Positions 22,243 through 34,771 of a DNA stretch of 64,000 nucleotides are shown here, in pieces (the first letter of the stretch is position 1; every line of letters begins with the position of its first letter). The position numbers and the translations under genes were made by a program. The DNA is from Podarcis cretensis (lineage: Eukaryota): positions 42,222,001 through 42,286,000 of the forward strand of contig OX638152.1 of NCBI GenBank assembly GCA_951804945.1, read 5' to 3'. The notes beneath the pieces are model-generated. The model was given only the letters and a program-made list of their open reading frames with translations, was not told the DNA's origin and ran no database searches.

Positions 22243-25200
22243 TATTATGGAAGAAGGGGTGTTTACAAAGATCTCTTCTTTACCTTATCCATTGTCTCCC
22301 CCATATTTCCTCCAACACTATTAGAATATTCAAAGAGCTTTGAATATTCAAAGAGGGGCAGGATTACTACACACCTTTTTATCGCAAGCCAGGCCCAGGT
22401 GGCAGATGTAGTACTATTTCCCAGATAACGTCAGTTGCTTATTAAGTAAATAACACTATTTGAGTGGGAGGGAATAGGAAGGGGAAAGGAAGAAAATGGG
22501 TAGCTCTCAGCTAATTATTTTTCCTTTTTAGGAAGTGGAATATATCAGGAAAGGCAGGAAATTCTGCTTCTTGGTAATAACCAAATGCACAGATGGGTAT
22601 GTGTAACTTCTTGCTACCCCAGGTCCTGGAAAGGCAACCTTCCTCTCTCTCTGTATTTTGCCAATACATTTATTCAGCTAACCAACATCACAAAATGGGG
22701 TACAAGCTTTTGCATTCTCCAGAACTCTGCATAAGGCCAGATGGTTAATGGTCCAAGGGGAAGAGAAAAATTGGCTGGTGTCCAAGTTATCTGAGGCTTG
22801 TAAACTTCTTAAAGCGGAGTGTGGGAGGAGGTAGCAGACATTCAAATGAGGCTCTTTAGGTGCTGTGCATGTTTCACCAAGGGCTTCTGGGAAGGACACA
22901 TAATGGCAGATTCCCCATCTCTAAATCCTGCATTGCCATGGTTAACTTTGCTCAGCATACCAGCAGTAACAACTATGGCTTGAGTCAAAACAGCTACTTC
23001 AGCTCTGGCAAGGAGTTTGGGCTAGTTTAATGGGATTTTTGGCTTGAAACAGCTGACCTCAATTCTAACTGCAAGCTGCTTTTGAACCTCCTTTCAGTTT
23101 TAAAAGCAATTTGCCATGCATCATCAGGTGGTTGCAGAGGTTGTGGTTAGGCCACGACTCCAAAGAACCATGCGGGTGATCGGAGGGAATTACAGAACGC
23201 TAACTCTGGTGTTGCGTTATATGGGATCTTTTGTTTCATTTGGCTGATGGTGCAGTTTTGCTTCAGAAAACGGTTATGTGAATTAAATATATGGTTGAGT
23301 AAATAAAGAGTGGCTTACTGCAGGCATACAGCTCCTCTGTGTCTATATATAGTACTCTTAGAAAGGACTCTCATTTTTTAAGCTTCAGAAAGAAAGAAGT
23401 CTGTCATGGCTTTCAGTTGGAGCTCATGATAAACAATTGCATTTCCTGACTATGATTTGACTTGTAGTTTGACTTGCAGTTTGAACTCTGTCTGCCATTA
23501 TTAACTGGAGCGCTTCCCTAGATAGTCTTGGCAGAACTGTGAAACAAGTGGCTTTTATCAGTTCGTTCTGAGTTTTAAAAGGGGGAGTAGGTTCCAGGGA
23601 ATCGCAACTGACAGAAGCAGCAAAGGTGTGATGCTAATTTTAAATTGTGTGCTGGCTTCCCATAACACACATTTTCTAATGCAATTGGGTTCAAGTGATT
23701 AGGAACACTTAGATGACTCCTGGTCTGTGTCGTATTTTCTTCCTTCAGTTGAAGTGTAAGCAGTGTTGAGTGTGGGGATCTTGAGTAGAGAAGAGGTGGG
23801 GCGGAGGAGGTGAACACCCTCTCCATTGTTGGTCTGCTCCAAATCGATCTCTTCTATACAGCTTTAACTCCATGGAATTCAAAATCACCTTTGAAACGTG
23901 GGGATAAAACTATGTGTGGCATTATGGGGGTGGACTTGGAGCAGATAAAGGGAAAAGGTTAAGGATCTCCATTGCCACTCAAAATCCCAATCTTCAAGGT
24001 TGCCTTTCTTTTTTATAACGTTTGCCCTTAATGTTTACTTTAGCCCATTGGTCAGAGAAAACAGGATGCTCAATTCACCCCTTCCCCAATTTGCTTTTCT
24101 TTAAGAAAAGCACAGAAAGAAAAACAAGTACCAGGGCTTTGCTGTGCATATTTGCTCATAACATGTTTCCCCAAATCATTTGGAAAACAGTGATTTTGCA
24201 TTTTTGATTGGAAATTGTGTTACTGTTGGAGTGGGGGTTGGCAATTAATCATTGGTACTAAGGTAGCTTCTGTTGGCATGATCCTGTGTAAATTCAGTGT
24301 CTTTATTTCTCACACAGATGAAGTTTGCATTCAAAATGTTGCAGCTTCTTCCAACAAAGGATGGCCCTTCCTTATGACAGCAGATCTCCCTGCAGCTGCA
24401 TAATGAGAATGATACACACCTGGCAACTCTATATGGAAGCACAGGCTATATGGGGTGTAGTACAGAGGCTTTTGTTTGCAGGGTCAGGCCTATAGCTGCT
24501 TTCTTGCTCTTAGCTTAGAAGCACTGCTGTTTAGCTCAAGATGACTAGGTGTGTTCACACTGTATAACTGCCAAATGGAGGGGGGGGGGAGGAATTATGC
24601 ACCCCCTGTGTAAATAAATCTGCTGATTTCTATTAGCATTTTAATGTTCTTGTTTTGCTCTTCTGCTTTATTCTTTGTTCATTTTGTTCACTTTTGATGC
24701 AGTTTAACGAGCACTGTAGCACCTCCTGGAAGAGATGGGAAAATGAATTAAGCCTGCAGTTTAGTGCTAATCTCTTGATTTGAGTTCTGTTGTTCCACCT
24801 AGACATGTAAATGCACTAAGATTTTCTTAGTGGAAAGTAGCATGGTGGGCTCAACTTGAGAGATGAGCTGTAAATGGACCCGGCTGTTGAGAAGTGCAGG
24901 CCATCTGTTCCCTGTGAAATAAAACTTGCGTAAAGTTTCAGAGATCAGGCACTTGAGGACTGAGTCAGAAGAAAGTAGTCCCTGTTCACAAAATGTTTGA
25001 AATATTGCTTTGCTTGTATTGTGATAATGGTCTTATTTATTAGTTTTGGGGACATTTATTAGCATAAATGGAAGAGTAGCGATTTTCTGAGAACTGTAAT
25101 TTAGGGTTGGCATGTGTTACTATAGTTTGCTTAGTAGAGTCTCTTAAGTAAAAGAAGTTTAATTTGATCTCATCCCTCTGTTCCATTTTGTCGAAGACTT

Positions 25201-25305
25201 ATTTGAATAGACTGCTTTATTTAAATGGATTGTAACACAATCTTACAAATGTCTACTCAGAGGTAGGCCTCACTGAGTTGAATGGGGCTTATTCACAGGT
25301 GAATA

Positions 25306-25630
25306 CAGTGGTGCCCCGCAAGACGAATGCCTCGCAAGACGGAAAACCCGCTAGACGAAAGGGTTTTCCGTTTTGGAGGTGCTTCGCAAAACGAATTTCC
25401 TATGGGCTTGCTTCGCAAGACGAAAATGTCTTGTGAGTTCCTGCGGGTTTTTTCCCCCTCCCTCCCTTTTTCTAAGCCGCTAAGCCTCTTATCTGCTTAT
25501 CCACTAAGTCGATAAGCCGCTAATAGCGCTAATCCGCTAAGCCGTCAATGGGCTTGCTTCGCAAAACGAAAAAAGCGCTAGACGAAGAGACTCGCGGAAC
25601 GGATTAATTTCGTCTTGCGAGGCATCACTG
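25306..25630. mobile_element. Tc1/mariner-pogo-type MITE, family C, 325 bp, CpG-rich
   Basis: TA|CAGTGGTGCCCCGCAAGACGAA ... TTCGTCTTGCGAGGCATCACTG|TA; internal repeats of GCAAGACG and TAAGCCGC. Confidence 0.88.
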
Positions 25631-25729
25631 TATAATGAATGGATCTCCTTGCATGTTTACACGTGTATACCTGAACCCATCTTTTACGTGTGTGTTCACG
25701 GAAGCACTGTATTACTTTGGGGGATAATA

Positions 25730-25920
25730 ATGTATTTATACCCTGCCCATCTGGTTGGGTTTCCCAGCCACTCTGGGCATCTCCCAAGAGAATATTAAAA
25801 ACACGATAAAACATCAAACATTAAAAACTTCCCTATACAGGGTTGCCTTCAGATGTCTTCTAAAAGTCAGATAGCTGTTTATTTCCTTGACATCTGATGG
25901 GAGGGTGTTCCACAGAGTGG
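25730..25920 (-). mobile_element. LINE (L2-like) 3' end fragment
   Basis: TATTTATACCCTGCCCATCTGG...GCCTTCAGATGTCTTCTAAAAG...GGGAGGGTGTTCCACAG, the typical reverse-complemented 3' end of reptile L2-like elements. Confidence 0.6.
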
Positions 25921-27783
25921 AACATTTGCCTGGATGTTACTTGGAGGTGATTATGTACCGCATACAGTAATAGAAAAGGACTCAATTACTTTTAAAATAC
26001 TAACGTTGTTTTGCTGGCTTGGTGGGAATTAGCAAATGCCAACAAATGCCAATACAAACATATATAGAATATATATTTACCCAAAATGGTGGACGGTTAA
26101 TAAAATGGCTTTGTGCCTTGAAGTGTCAGTTCGGGGGGGGGGGGGGGGAATAGCAAGATGGTCCATTTCTACATATTGCACAGGCAACCCAAACCCATTT
26201 AGCCTTGCCCATAAGCTTGAATGGTTTCTATCACAGAGACTGAGAGAGGTGGGGATATTGTCTTATATGAAATGAGGTAAGCACTAGAGAGCCAAGCAAA
26301 TTGCAGCGGAAGATACCTAAGTGCACCAGGAAGAAAAATCTTGAATACAAATGACTAGTTTGGGCTGGCATGAGGTTTCAGAGACAGCAGGATTAGGGCA
26401 ATGAGAAAGAGATAGAAAGGAGATACTAATAAATTGCTTGTCCTGATGAAGGGAAGCTGGTACCTTGTCATCCTCATCAGACGATGTCATCACACTCATC
26501 ACTGCAAACAGATTTCTTGTAGTCTGCATGTGACATTATGTCTAGATAACTATCCCAGAAATTCTGACTATAGCCTGTTGTGAGTAGCTTATAAATTCTA
26601 GCTTAAATATTTGATAGGTCTTGTGGCAAGGATGACCTTTTAAATTCTTTATTCATAAGAATTAAAAATCCTTTCTGGGTGCTTTCACAACTTGAGCATA
26701 ATGCAAAGCTAAACCTGATTAGTTTTGTAATATTGGGAAGTTCCACAAGATCAGTATCTTACTGGGAAAATCACTACCACCCGAACTCAGTGCTTATGTG
26801 CATTCTTTCTTAAACATATTTATGCAGTTTTTGTTCTGGAATGCATTCAGGCCTGATTGAGTGCTAATTCTGCCCCCCCCCAAAGTTGGAGTTAATTATC
26901 ATTGATGTGACCATGTTTTAAGGTTTATTTGTTATCTGCCTTGAGTTCCCGTTGACGAAAAATTTATAGGACATAAATTTTAAAAATGAATAATGCTATC
27001 AATAAATGTAGCTTCAGAGCTTAAAATATAGACCCTTAGACCCTGAAAAAAGGTCTTTAAATTTGTGCAAGCACAAGTTCAAGACTCTGCATAAGAGAAT
27101 GAAGGAAGGTTCTTGCCATAAATCAGCCTTGGAGATTAGAAAACCCATGGAGAGCTCTGACTGACAGCATCCCTGACCATTGACCATGCAGGCTGGGGCT
27201 GGTGGGAGCTGGAATCCAGTAACGTTAAGAGAGTCCTGTGATGGCTGCCCCTGAACTAGAATATTGCTACCTTTAACAAGGAGATATATCAAATGCAGAA
27301 TAAATGCTTGCAGAATTAGCAGCAAATATCCAGCAAGCAAAAAGATGGAAGAGATGAGGAACCTGTGGCCCTCCAGAGGTTCTTGGGCTCCAACTTTGCT
27401 CAGCCTCTGCCAACATGGTTAATGGTCAGAGATGATGGGAGTTATAGTCTAGCAACCTCTGATGGGCACCACGTTGGCTACTGTTGTTCTAGTTCATTTC
27501 TCTGCCTCCAGCTAGAGCAGGAACCTAAGCAACATAAGCAAGGTTCTCCTTGTTAATGTGGCAGTAAAGAACAGGGAACAATAAGGATGCCATATTGGTT
27601 GGGTGAAGAGACCTGTTGCTGGCTTACAGATGTGATTGAAGAACACAAGGCACAAACTTCATAAGGCGTATACTTTGTGCTGGTCACCTGGGCACAGTAG
27701 TTGGAAGAAGCACTGAATTCTGACTTCATGGTATTTCTTTTGCTTTTATGACAGCTCTTATTGAACACTCTCTTTCCATGACA

Positions 27784-28449
27784 TCTAAGGAAACTAGGGA
27801 GGCAAACTGCTGCTTCTTCTACTCAGTGGATTGTTTTCCCCAGAACTTTTTGCTGGCTTTTTATGACGTGCCTTGCAATGAGCCAATTCGGGGAGTCTGT
27901 TTCAGGTCCTTCAGCACCAAGTGGCACTTTTAAAGCACATTTATCTCTAGATGTTGAGAGCAAGCTTGCTGTCCTTGGCACGTGGGATGCTGTCCATACA
28001 CGTGGGATGATTAGAGAAGGGCTCGTCTCTTACTATTTTGCATGTTCGGTTTTGCAAACCAAAGAAGGAGCTAAACATAGTTAACAATAGTTATTTGTTA
28101 ATCACACTTTTCTAGAAGGGAACTAGGGAGGCAAACTACTACTGATTCTACACAGTGGATTCCCCCCCCCCCCCCAAGTAACTTTTTGCTGGCCCTGCAA
28201 TGAGCCAATTTGCTATTAGGTCACAGGGAGTCTGTTTCAGGTCCTTCATCACCAAGTGGCACTTCTAAAGCACATTTATCTCTAGATGTTGAGAGCAAGC
28301 TTGTTACCCTTGGCAAGGAAGAATCATACACGTGACATGATTAGAGAAGAGCTCTTCTTTCTCTTACTAGTTTTGCATGATCAGTTTTGGAAACCAAAGG
28401 AGGAGCTAAACATAGTTACAAGTTATTGGAAGAGCACACTAATTCTAGA
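27784..28449. repeat. Diverged tandem duplication, two units of ~330 bp
   Basis: Units start ~27784 and ~28111 and share long blocks such as AACTAGGGAGGCAAACT, GGGAGTCTGTTTCAGGTCCTTCA, TAAAGCACATTTATCTCTAGATGTTGAGAGCAAGCTTG and GGAGCTAAACATAGTTA. Confidence 0.93.
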
Positions 28450-28546
28450 TATTCTGGTAAATGTTCATGCATATTAGCCAGTGATATAGCATCTGCAGTC
28501 CCATCAACTCACCATAGTATATTTTAGGGGTATGTAGGGGGGCATG

Positions 28547-28899
28547 GGGACGCGGGTGGCGCTGTGGTCTAAACCACAGAGCCTACGGCTTGCCGATCAG
28601 AAGGTCGGCGGTTTGAATCCCCACGACGGGATGAGCTCCCGTTGCTCGGTCCCTGCTCCTGCCAACCTAGCAGTTCGAAAGCACATCAAAGTGCAAGTAG
28701 ATAAATAGATACCACTCCAGCAGGAAGTTAAACGGCGTTTCCGTGCACTGCTCTGGTTTGCCAGAAGCAGTTTAGTCATGCTGGCCACATGACCCGGAAG
28801 CTGTACACCGGCTCCCTCGGCCAGTAAAGTGAGCTGAGTGCCGCAACCCCAGAGTCGTCCGTGACTGGACCTAATGGTCAGGGTTCCCTTTACCTTTAC
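28547..28899 (+). mobile_element. Sauria SINE, full length
   Basis: GGGACGCGGGTGGCGCTGTGG head, ACCTTT tail, imperfect TSD TAGGGGGGCATG / TAGGGGGATATG. Confidence 0.92.
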
Positions 28900-30600
28900 T
28901 AGGGGGATATGAGGGGAAAGTCGCATTTGTGCAAGTGGGATGCCACAATCAAACATCACCCATTATGTATTCAAGCCATGCAACAGTCTAGTAAAGTCCC
29001 CTGGTAATTATCTCCATATTGCAAGGATGGATGCTGAGAAAAGCACACTCTTCGCAAGGGCTTTGAACATGTTTGAATAACCAAAACTTATCCTGGTGGT
29101 GGAACATGATTAGGGATGGGTAGAGTGGGGAATCTGTTTTTTCTTAATTGAAGTTGTATTTGGATTAGCAGAATCTAGCACTATTAGCATCTGATCACAT
29201 TTCTGAGGCTTTGCTTAAGATGCAATATGCTTTATTTCAGCCTGATGGAGATAATAGGTTTTAAGCAATTATACCCAGGCTAATTCCTTTGATAAGCACT
29301 TTGCATTATCCATTAAAAGAAAAGTCAGTCGACAAGGGACGAGCAATGCATGCGTATCTCAGATGGCTTCTCTTGTTCACCTTTCCCAAATACCATGGGA
29401 TAGTAATTCTTTAGATCTTCTGGGACATAAAATCCTGCTTGAAGACTGCAGCAAAACTGTATTGTATGCAAGTGATATTTGGAGCATGGCATTTAACCAC
29501 TTCTAGGCTGATTAGCCATAAAGATTCCAGTTTGGGCCCTTCTAACGGAGCTTGTACTGCTTTTGCTGCACAGCGCCTAGTAAGATGGCAGATTTCTGTG
29601 CTGGACAAGGCAATCTGAACGCCACTGCAAGGAAAGAGTATGGCCGTTTTTAAGGATAGACACTGTGCCACATGCTGTAATGGTCTGCCAAAAAGAAGGG
29701 ATTAAAAATCTAAAGTGGGAGGAATCTGTGGGGTTAGGGCAAGGCATACTTCCTTAAAGTAGGTTTTATGCAATTGTATTTCAAATAGCTAGTAGAATTT
29801 TGACTCTCTGAAATTCTGTTCTGACTTCCAACCATTCTACATGCTTTTGTCCGACTGCAAGCACAGTATATAGTAAAGGTTGTTATTGGATAGATTCTCT
29901 TCATAAATGGTACCGTAGGGATAACCCCACTATATTCAGCAGTTTTATAACTCTAAATAGTAGTGTTCATAAGCTTTTTCTTCTTCTTTCATTTGTGGGG
30001 AAGGTTGGTGGGAAATAATTGCTGAGGTCAGTTCTTAACAAGTTTAGAGACAGGATTGCAATGCCACAGAAGAGCTGATGAATTACATTTGAGTTTATCA
30101 CATCGCTTTGCATGTGCTTTTGACACACCGGGGTCCACTGTTTCCTCCATGTGCACATGTTAGCACTATGCGTACAAGTGCACATCTAAATTGTGTGTTT
30201 TTGGATATTCGTGGCAGTGCAATTTTTGATGGCAACTTACTGAAGAAGGAGCCACCTGCTCTGGTGTTATTAAGAAATGCGTTGTGACAGATAACAAAAC
30301 AGTCTAAATAATCATCTAGGAATATGGTACCATGCACAGAAGTACACAGAAAACTGTGCATTGTCAAATATCAGAAGGACATGGAAAGCAAATCTCTGGG
30401 GAGTATCTAAATGAAGTGCTGGGAACGGTTAGTGGGGTGAAGTTGAAAATTACTGAGAAAAGTAATTTAAGACTGCTATCCTATACTTATGTGGGAGTAG
30501 GGTCAAACGAAACTTGCATCTGAATAAACCTATATAGGATCCTACTGAAGGTATTTTTCATTTGGCCCCAAAGAAGCCAGTTGTAGCCATAGTGCCTTTC

Positions 30601-30800
30601 ATATAGAATCATAGAATCTCAGAGTTGGAAAGGATCCAAGGGTTATCTAGTCCAACCTTCAATGTAGGAATCTCAGCTAAAGCACCCACGGCAGATGGCC
30701 ATCCAACCTCTGTTTAAAAACCTCCAAGGAAGGAGAGTCTACCACCTCTCGTGGAAGTCTGTTCCACTGCTGAACAGCTCTTACTGTCAGAAAGTTTTTT
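30601..30800 (-). mobile_element. CR1 LINE 3' end, 5'-truncated
   Basis: ATAGAATCATAGAAT tail; colinear with the 5161 copy and complementary to 61995-62195. Confidence 0.88.
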
Positions 30801-31318
30801 CCGAATTTATTTTCACCATGATGGAAGAGCATAAGACATTGGCTTTTATCATATTTGCAAATGACCTAAAGGATAGATAGCATGGCAAAAAAATTATGAG
30901 CACAAGAAAGCAATGTACTCTAGATAATTGGTACAGAGGAGGCTATTACGAAAACATGCTATAACAAAATGAAATGGAGGGTTGTAATTTAAATACAAAA
31001 TGCATTGTGTTCAGATTCTTGGTTAGTAGCCATCGTTGTATCTTGGAAGCAGTGGGTGGCCAGGTGAGTGCATGCATTTTAAGGTGTATACAGATGTATA
31101 TAACTTTAGCAGTGAGCCTGCTTTGGAACGATACTTGATGCATCTTGCTCATATATGCACCCTTCCCCCCAACCCCCACATTGCAGACTGTTCTTGCTTT
31201 CAGCAGGAGCAGGATTTGCAAAGCACTGATTAGCCAACCCTTGGCATCAGTCATGGAGATGCCTCAAAGCAGTTTTTAATAAGAGTTGGGCTGAGTATTT
31301 GGCCTAGACTCTTTCAGA

Positions 31319-31320
<2 letters not shown>

Positions 31321-31352
<32 letters not shown>
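31321..31352. repeat. (GT)16 microsatellite
   Basis: Directly visible. Other simple repeats at ~11144 (CT), ~11868 (TG) and 38183-38233 (TG then CT, just upstream of the exon 2 acceptor). Confidence 0.95.
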
Positions 31353-31353
<1 letters not shown>

Positions 31354-33884
31354 TGAATGAATGCCACTGCTGAATACTGGCATTATTGGGAGGTAGTTAG
31401 CCCATGGGGGCAACCATCATTTCCCCCCAACAATGCCCCTTTGATATAGCATTGTTCCTAATCAGACATTCTTGAGGGCAGAATGCAGCTGTTGATTGCA
31501 TTTCTGCCACTGCCTCTGCTTTTCATAAAAGGAGGGTGAACTTGAGGAGCTCCTGCATCACCTTGTATCATTATAGTCAACCTCGCTCCCCCCCCCCATA
31601 CAGAATTTGCCTCCCATGTCACACAAGCGGCAGAAAACATCTCTCCCCTTTACAGGCCCTGGGTTTAAAAAAAGGTTAAAAGGGGGCTTAAAAAAACCCC
31701 AAAGCCCTGCTGAACGAACGCTTGAGCAGATGAACCTACGATGCATTTGGGGGGAAACCACAAAAGTGGATAGTCCACTTGGCTCACTGACGGGGGAGGT
31801 AGATAGGATAGGTAGAAGGCAGTATATGTGTGCTTTTGAGGGAATACAATTGAGGGGAACAGAGCTCACTCAGCAACAGAAAAATGAACACCCCATAACC
31901 TGTATGGAGATTTTTATGCAAACCTTAGAATGTGCTGCTGCTTTAAAATATCCAGAGTTGGGAAGGATAAAAATCACTAATGCAGGGGAAGGCGATATGT
32001 GTGGCCCTCAGGCTTATTAAGTGGGTCGTGGCAGGGGGGGAATCACTTCGTATTTTATTTTTCATGTTATAGTATAATATGCTTTTAAAACAAACTGGAT
32101 GCTTATTTATAAAATTGTGTTTGTGCCAGTGTATGTACCACTATCACTTTAATTGAACCCTTATTCTGAAGAAGTAGCTTTTATAATTAATGTGTGTGCT
32201 TTACGTATTGGGGCATTGGTATTCAGGTTCAACAAATTTTGCAATAATGGTTCACATTTTGTTCCGGGGTTGTTGTTTTTTAAGTGGGGGGCATAGGTGA
32301 CAGGAGGGAAAAGGAAGCAGGGGCGGGGATGTTGTCTTTGACTTAATCAGACTCTGCAACATAGTATATTGGCTGTGTAATATACCTGAAGTTGTTTTGT
32401 TAGTACTGTGGATAAATCTGAGTTAAATCAGACAGAACCTTGAAGGTCTGAATCATTTATAGACAGCAGCTAATTCCTTTTCTTATGCCAGATTCAATTT
32501 TCTTAAAACCCTTCAGAAAATTCTTATAAGCAGTGTTCTTTTCCTCCTCTGTTCCTTTTGAAGGCAGAATAACCTTTTGCTTCCCCCTCCTCACCAAGTG
32601 CTTCAAGATTCAGTGCTTTAGTTGACATAGTAGAGAGCCTTACTGACCTTTGCAAGGATGGTAGGTTGAACAGAAGCTGCTAATCCTAGTATAAATATGC
32701 AGGCCTTGTTAGAAATAATTCCTTTGATGTCTCCATTTTGGAATGTTGCTGTTTTGGGGATGAGCAACTACAATCTGCAGCCCAAAGAAAAATGAAACTT
32801 CCTGTTTGTTAGAAATGTGAGCATCTTCTATGAGAACCACGGAACACTATGTTTTTCTGTAATAACTTGATTGTTTTTTTAAAAAAAAAACTATTGTCAA
32901 TCCCAGAATATTTGGATTGTGCCTGGTTATCTGGTGGTGGTAGGGTGTGTGTGTATTTGTGTGTGTGAATCTTTCTCCTTAGCCTCAACATTGAACATCT
33001 CTGCACTAAATGTTGATTTGGTGGAAGCTGTCGGCAAGCAGCTAGATTCTTTACTAGTGAGAACACACTTGACTGAATGGGTTTTATGAGGACAGTGTCA
33101 GCTAAAGGATGGCTGATAGGTAAAATCTGGACTTTCCTGTCAGCTTCCCGATAGTTGTTTTAATGCTATAGTTTAATGCTATAGTTGTCTGAGATGCTTG
33201 TGTGGCTCAAATTGGAGACTAAAATTATTGATGTGTGGTACTCAGCAAATCCTCCAAAACCCTGTATCTCCTCCCCTGCCTTATTTGTACCCGTTCTACT
33301 TTTTTCAAAGTTAAAATGTTCCCCTTTTAGCAGTTTGTATCATTAGATTTCTGTTTAATTACATGCAAAGTACTTGGGATTATTACATCACCAAGGTTAA
33401 AAATGTTATGGCATATGAACTGTGAAGTTATCTTTGGTTCCCACAGCATTAACCCTGCTGCATTATGCAGATGTACAGTAGAAATAAATGTCCTTGCAAA
33501 ATGTATTTCTGTGTCTGGCTAGATATGCCCTGAGGAAAGTGCATTACAAGAAATGCTGTGGTGAAGATGATGTAATAATCTGTTTTATTGGTTGGCTGGG
33601 CTGTTACAGAAAACTCTCATGGGTTGCGTGCCTGCTTTTAATATTGGCTAATGTTCCTGATGGCCTGCAGAATGGGATCCTGATCATATGTGACTTGAAT
33701 CGTAGTTGTCAGAGGTAACACTGGAATAATCAGTTCAGTGAAACAGAGGCCATTATCGACAGGAATGGATTGTGCAGCATATGCTTCATAGAATGGAGAG
33801 AAATAATTATTGTCACTGTCAAATAATTATTGGCAGCAAGGGGCCATAGCTCACTGGTAAAAACATATGCTTTAATAATAACAC

Positions 33885-34270
33885 GAGATGAACTCTGCTG
33901 GACCAGACAAAAGTCCTATCTAGTTCAGCAGTATGTTCCCACATTGGGCAACCAGATGCTTAAGGGAAACCCACAAGCAGCACATGAATACAATAGACCC
34001 CCACCACTCATTTCTCATAGCAGCTGGCCTTCAGGAGCATGCTGCCTCTGATACTGGAGATGATATACAGCCATCATAACTACAGTCCATTGATAGTCTT
34101 GTTGCCCATGAATCTGTCTCCTCACCTTTTAAAGCCATCCATGTTGATCACCATTCCTTGTACAAGCAAATCCCATAATTCTAACTGTGTACTTTGTGAA
34201 GTATTTGTTTGGTCTGTCCTGAATCTCCCACCATTCAGTTTCACTCGATGGCACCACACCATTCGTAATT
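33885..34270 (-). mobile_element. Old CR1-type LINE 3' end
   Basis: CTGCTGGACCAGAC...TCTAGTTCAGCA...CCATGAATCTGTCTCCTCACCTTTTAAAGCCATCCATGTTG; complementary to the motif sets at 3880-3965 and 16500-16800. Confidence 0.6.
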
Positions 34271-34640
34271 TTATATAGAGACCCTTTCTATGTAGAAGCT
34301 CCCAAGTTCAGTCTCTTGCATTTCAATCTATACCGATACCGGGTAAAAGAAAGGGCCAGGGTGCAGCAGTCTGATGTGAGCTGGGTGCTGGGAACCAGCA
34401 GTCATGGGAAGGAAACAGGAGTCTGGGCTGAAGAGCAAATCAGGGCCAAAGGGAACAATGAAAATATATAGAAACATGCCAGAGCTTAGGAGGACCTTGG
34501 TGACTGAGCAGGGCTTAATTCATGGATAGGGAACCTGCTGTTCTCAGTTGTTCATAGACTCCATGACCAATGGCCAGGGATGTGGTTCATAGACATCTGG
34601 AGGGCCATCCCATCTCTGGCCCAGGAAGTTCTCTTAGGGC

Positions 34641-34771
34641 AGGCATCCCCAACTACAATTCCCATCATCCCTGGACTACAATTCCCATCATCCCTGACCA
34701 CTGGTCTTGTTAGCTAGGGATCATGGGAGTTGTAGGCCAAAACATCTGGAGGGCCGCAGGTTGGGGATGCC
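34641..34771. mobile_element. Short palindromic MITE (possibly hAT-derived) with internal 22-bp duplication
   Basis: TIR AGGCATCCCCAA / TTGGGGATGCCT; ACTACAATTCCCATCATCCCTG occurs twice. A degenerate related copy is adjacent at ~34522-34620. Confidence 0.72.

Noticed and set aside
25306-25630. Reiterated short motifs suggestive of a CRISPR-like or iteron array
   Set aside because: Irregular spacing, enclosed by TIRs and TA duplication, in a vertebrate context: it is a MITE.
27890-28080. Possible H/ACA snoRNA in the duplicated unit (AGAGCA H-box, terminal ACA)
   Set aside because: The H-box to ACA distance is ~120 nt, about twice the usual, and I cannot see the two-hairpin fold.
31607-32020. 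137-aa ORF in intron 1, and similar ORFs at 47748-48182 and 34710-35694
   Set aside because: No recognisable domain or convincing splice structure; lengths are within chance expectation for six frames of 64 kb.
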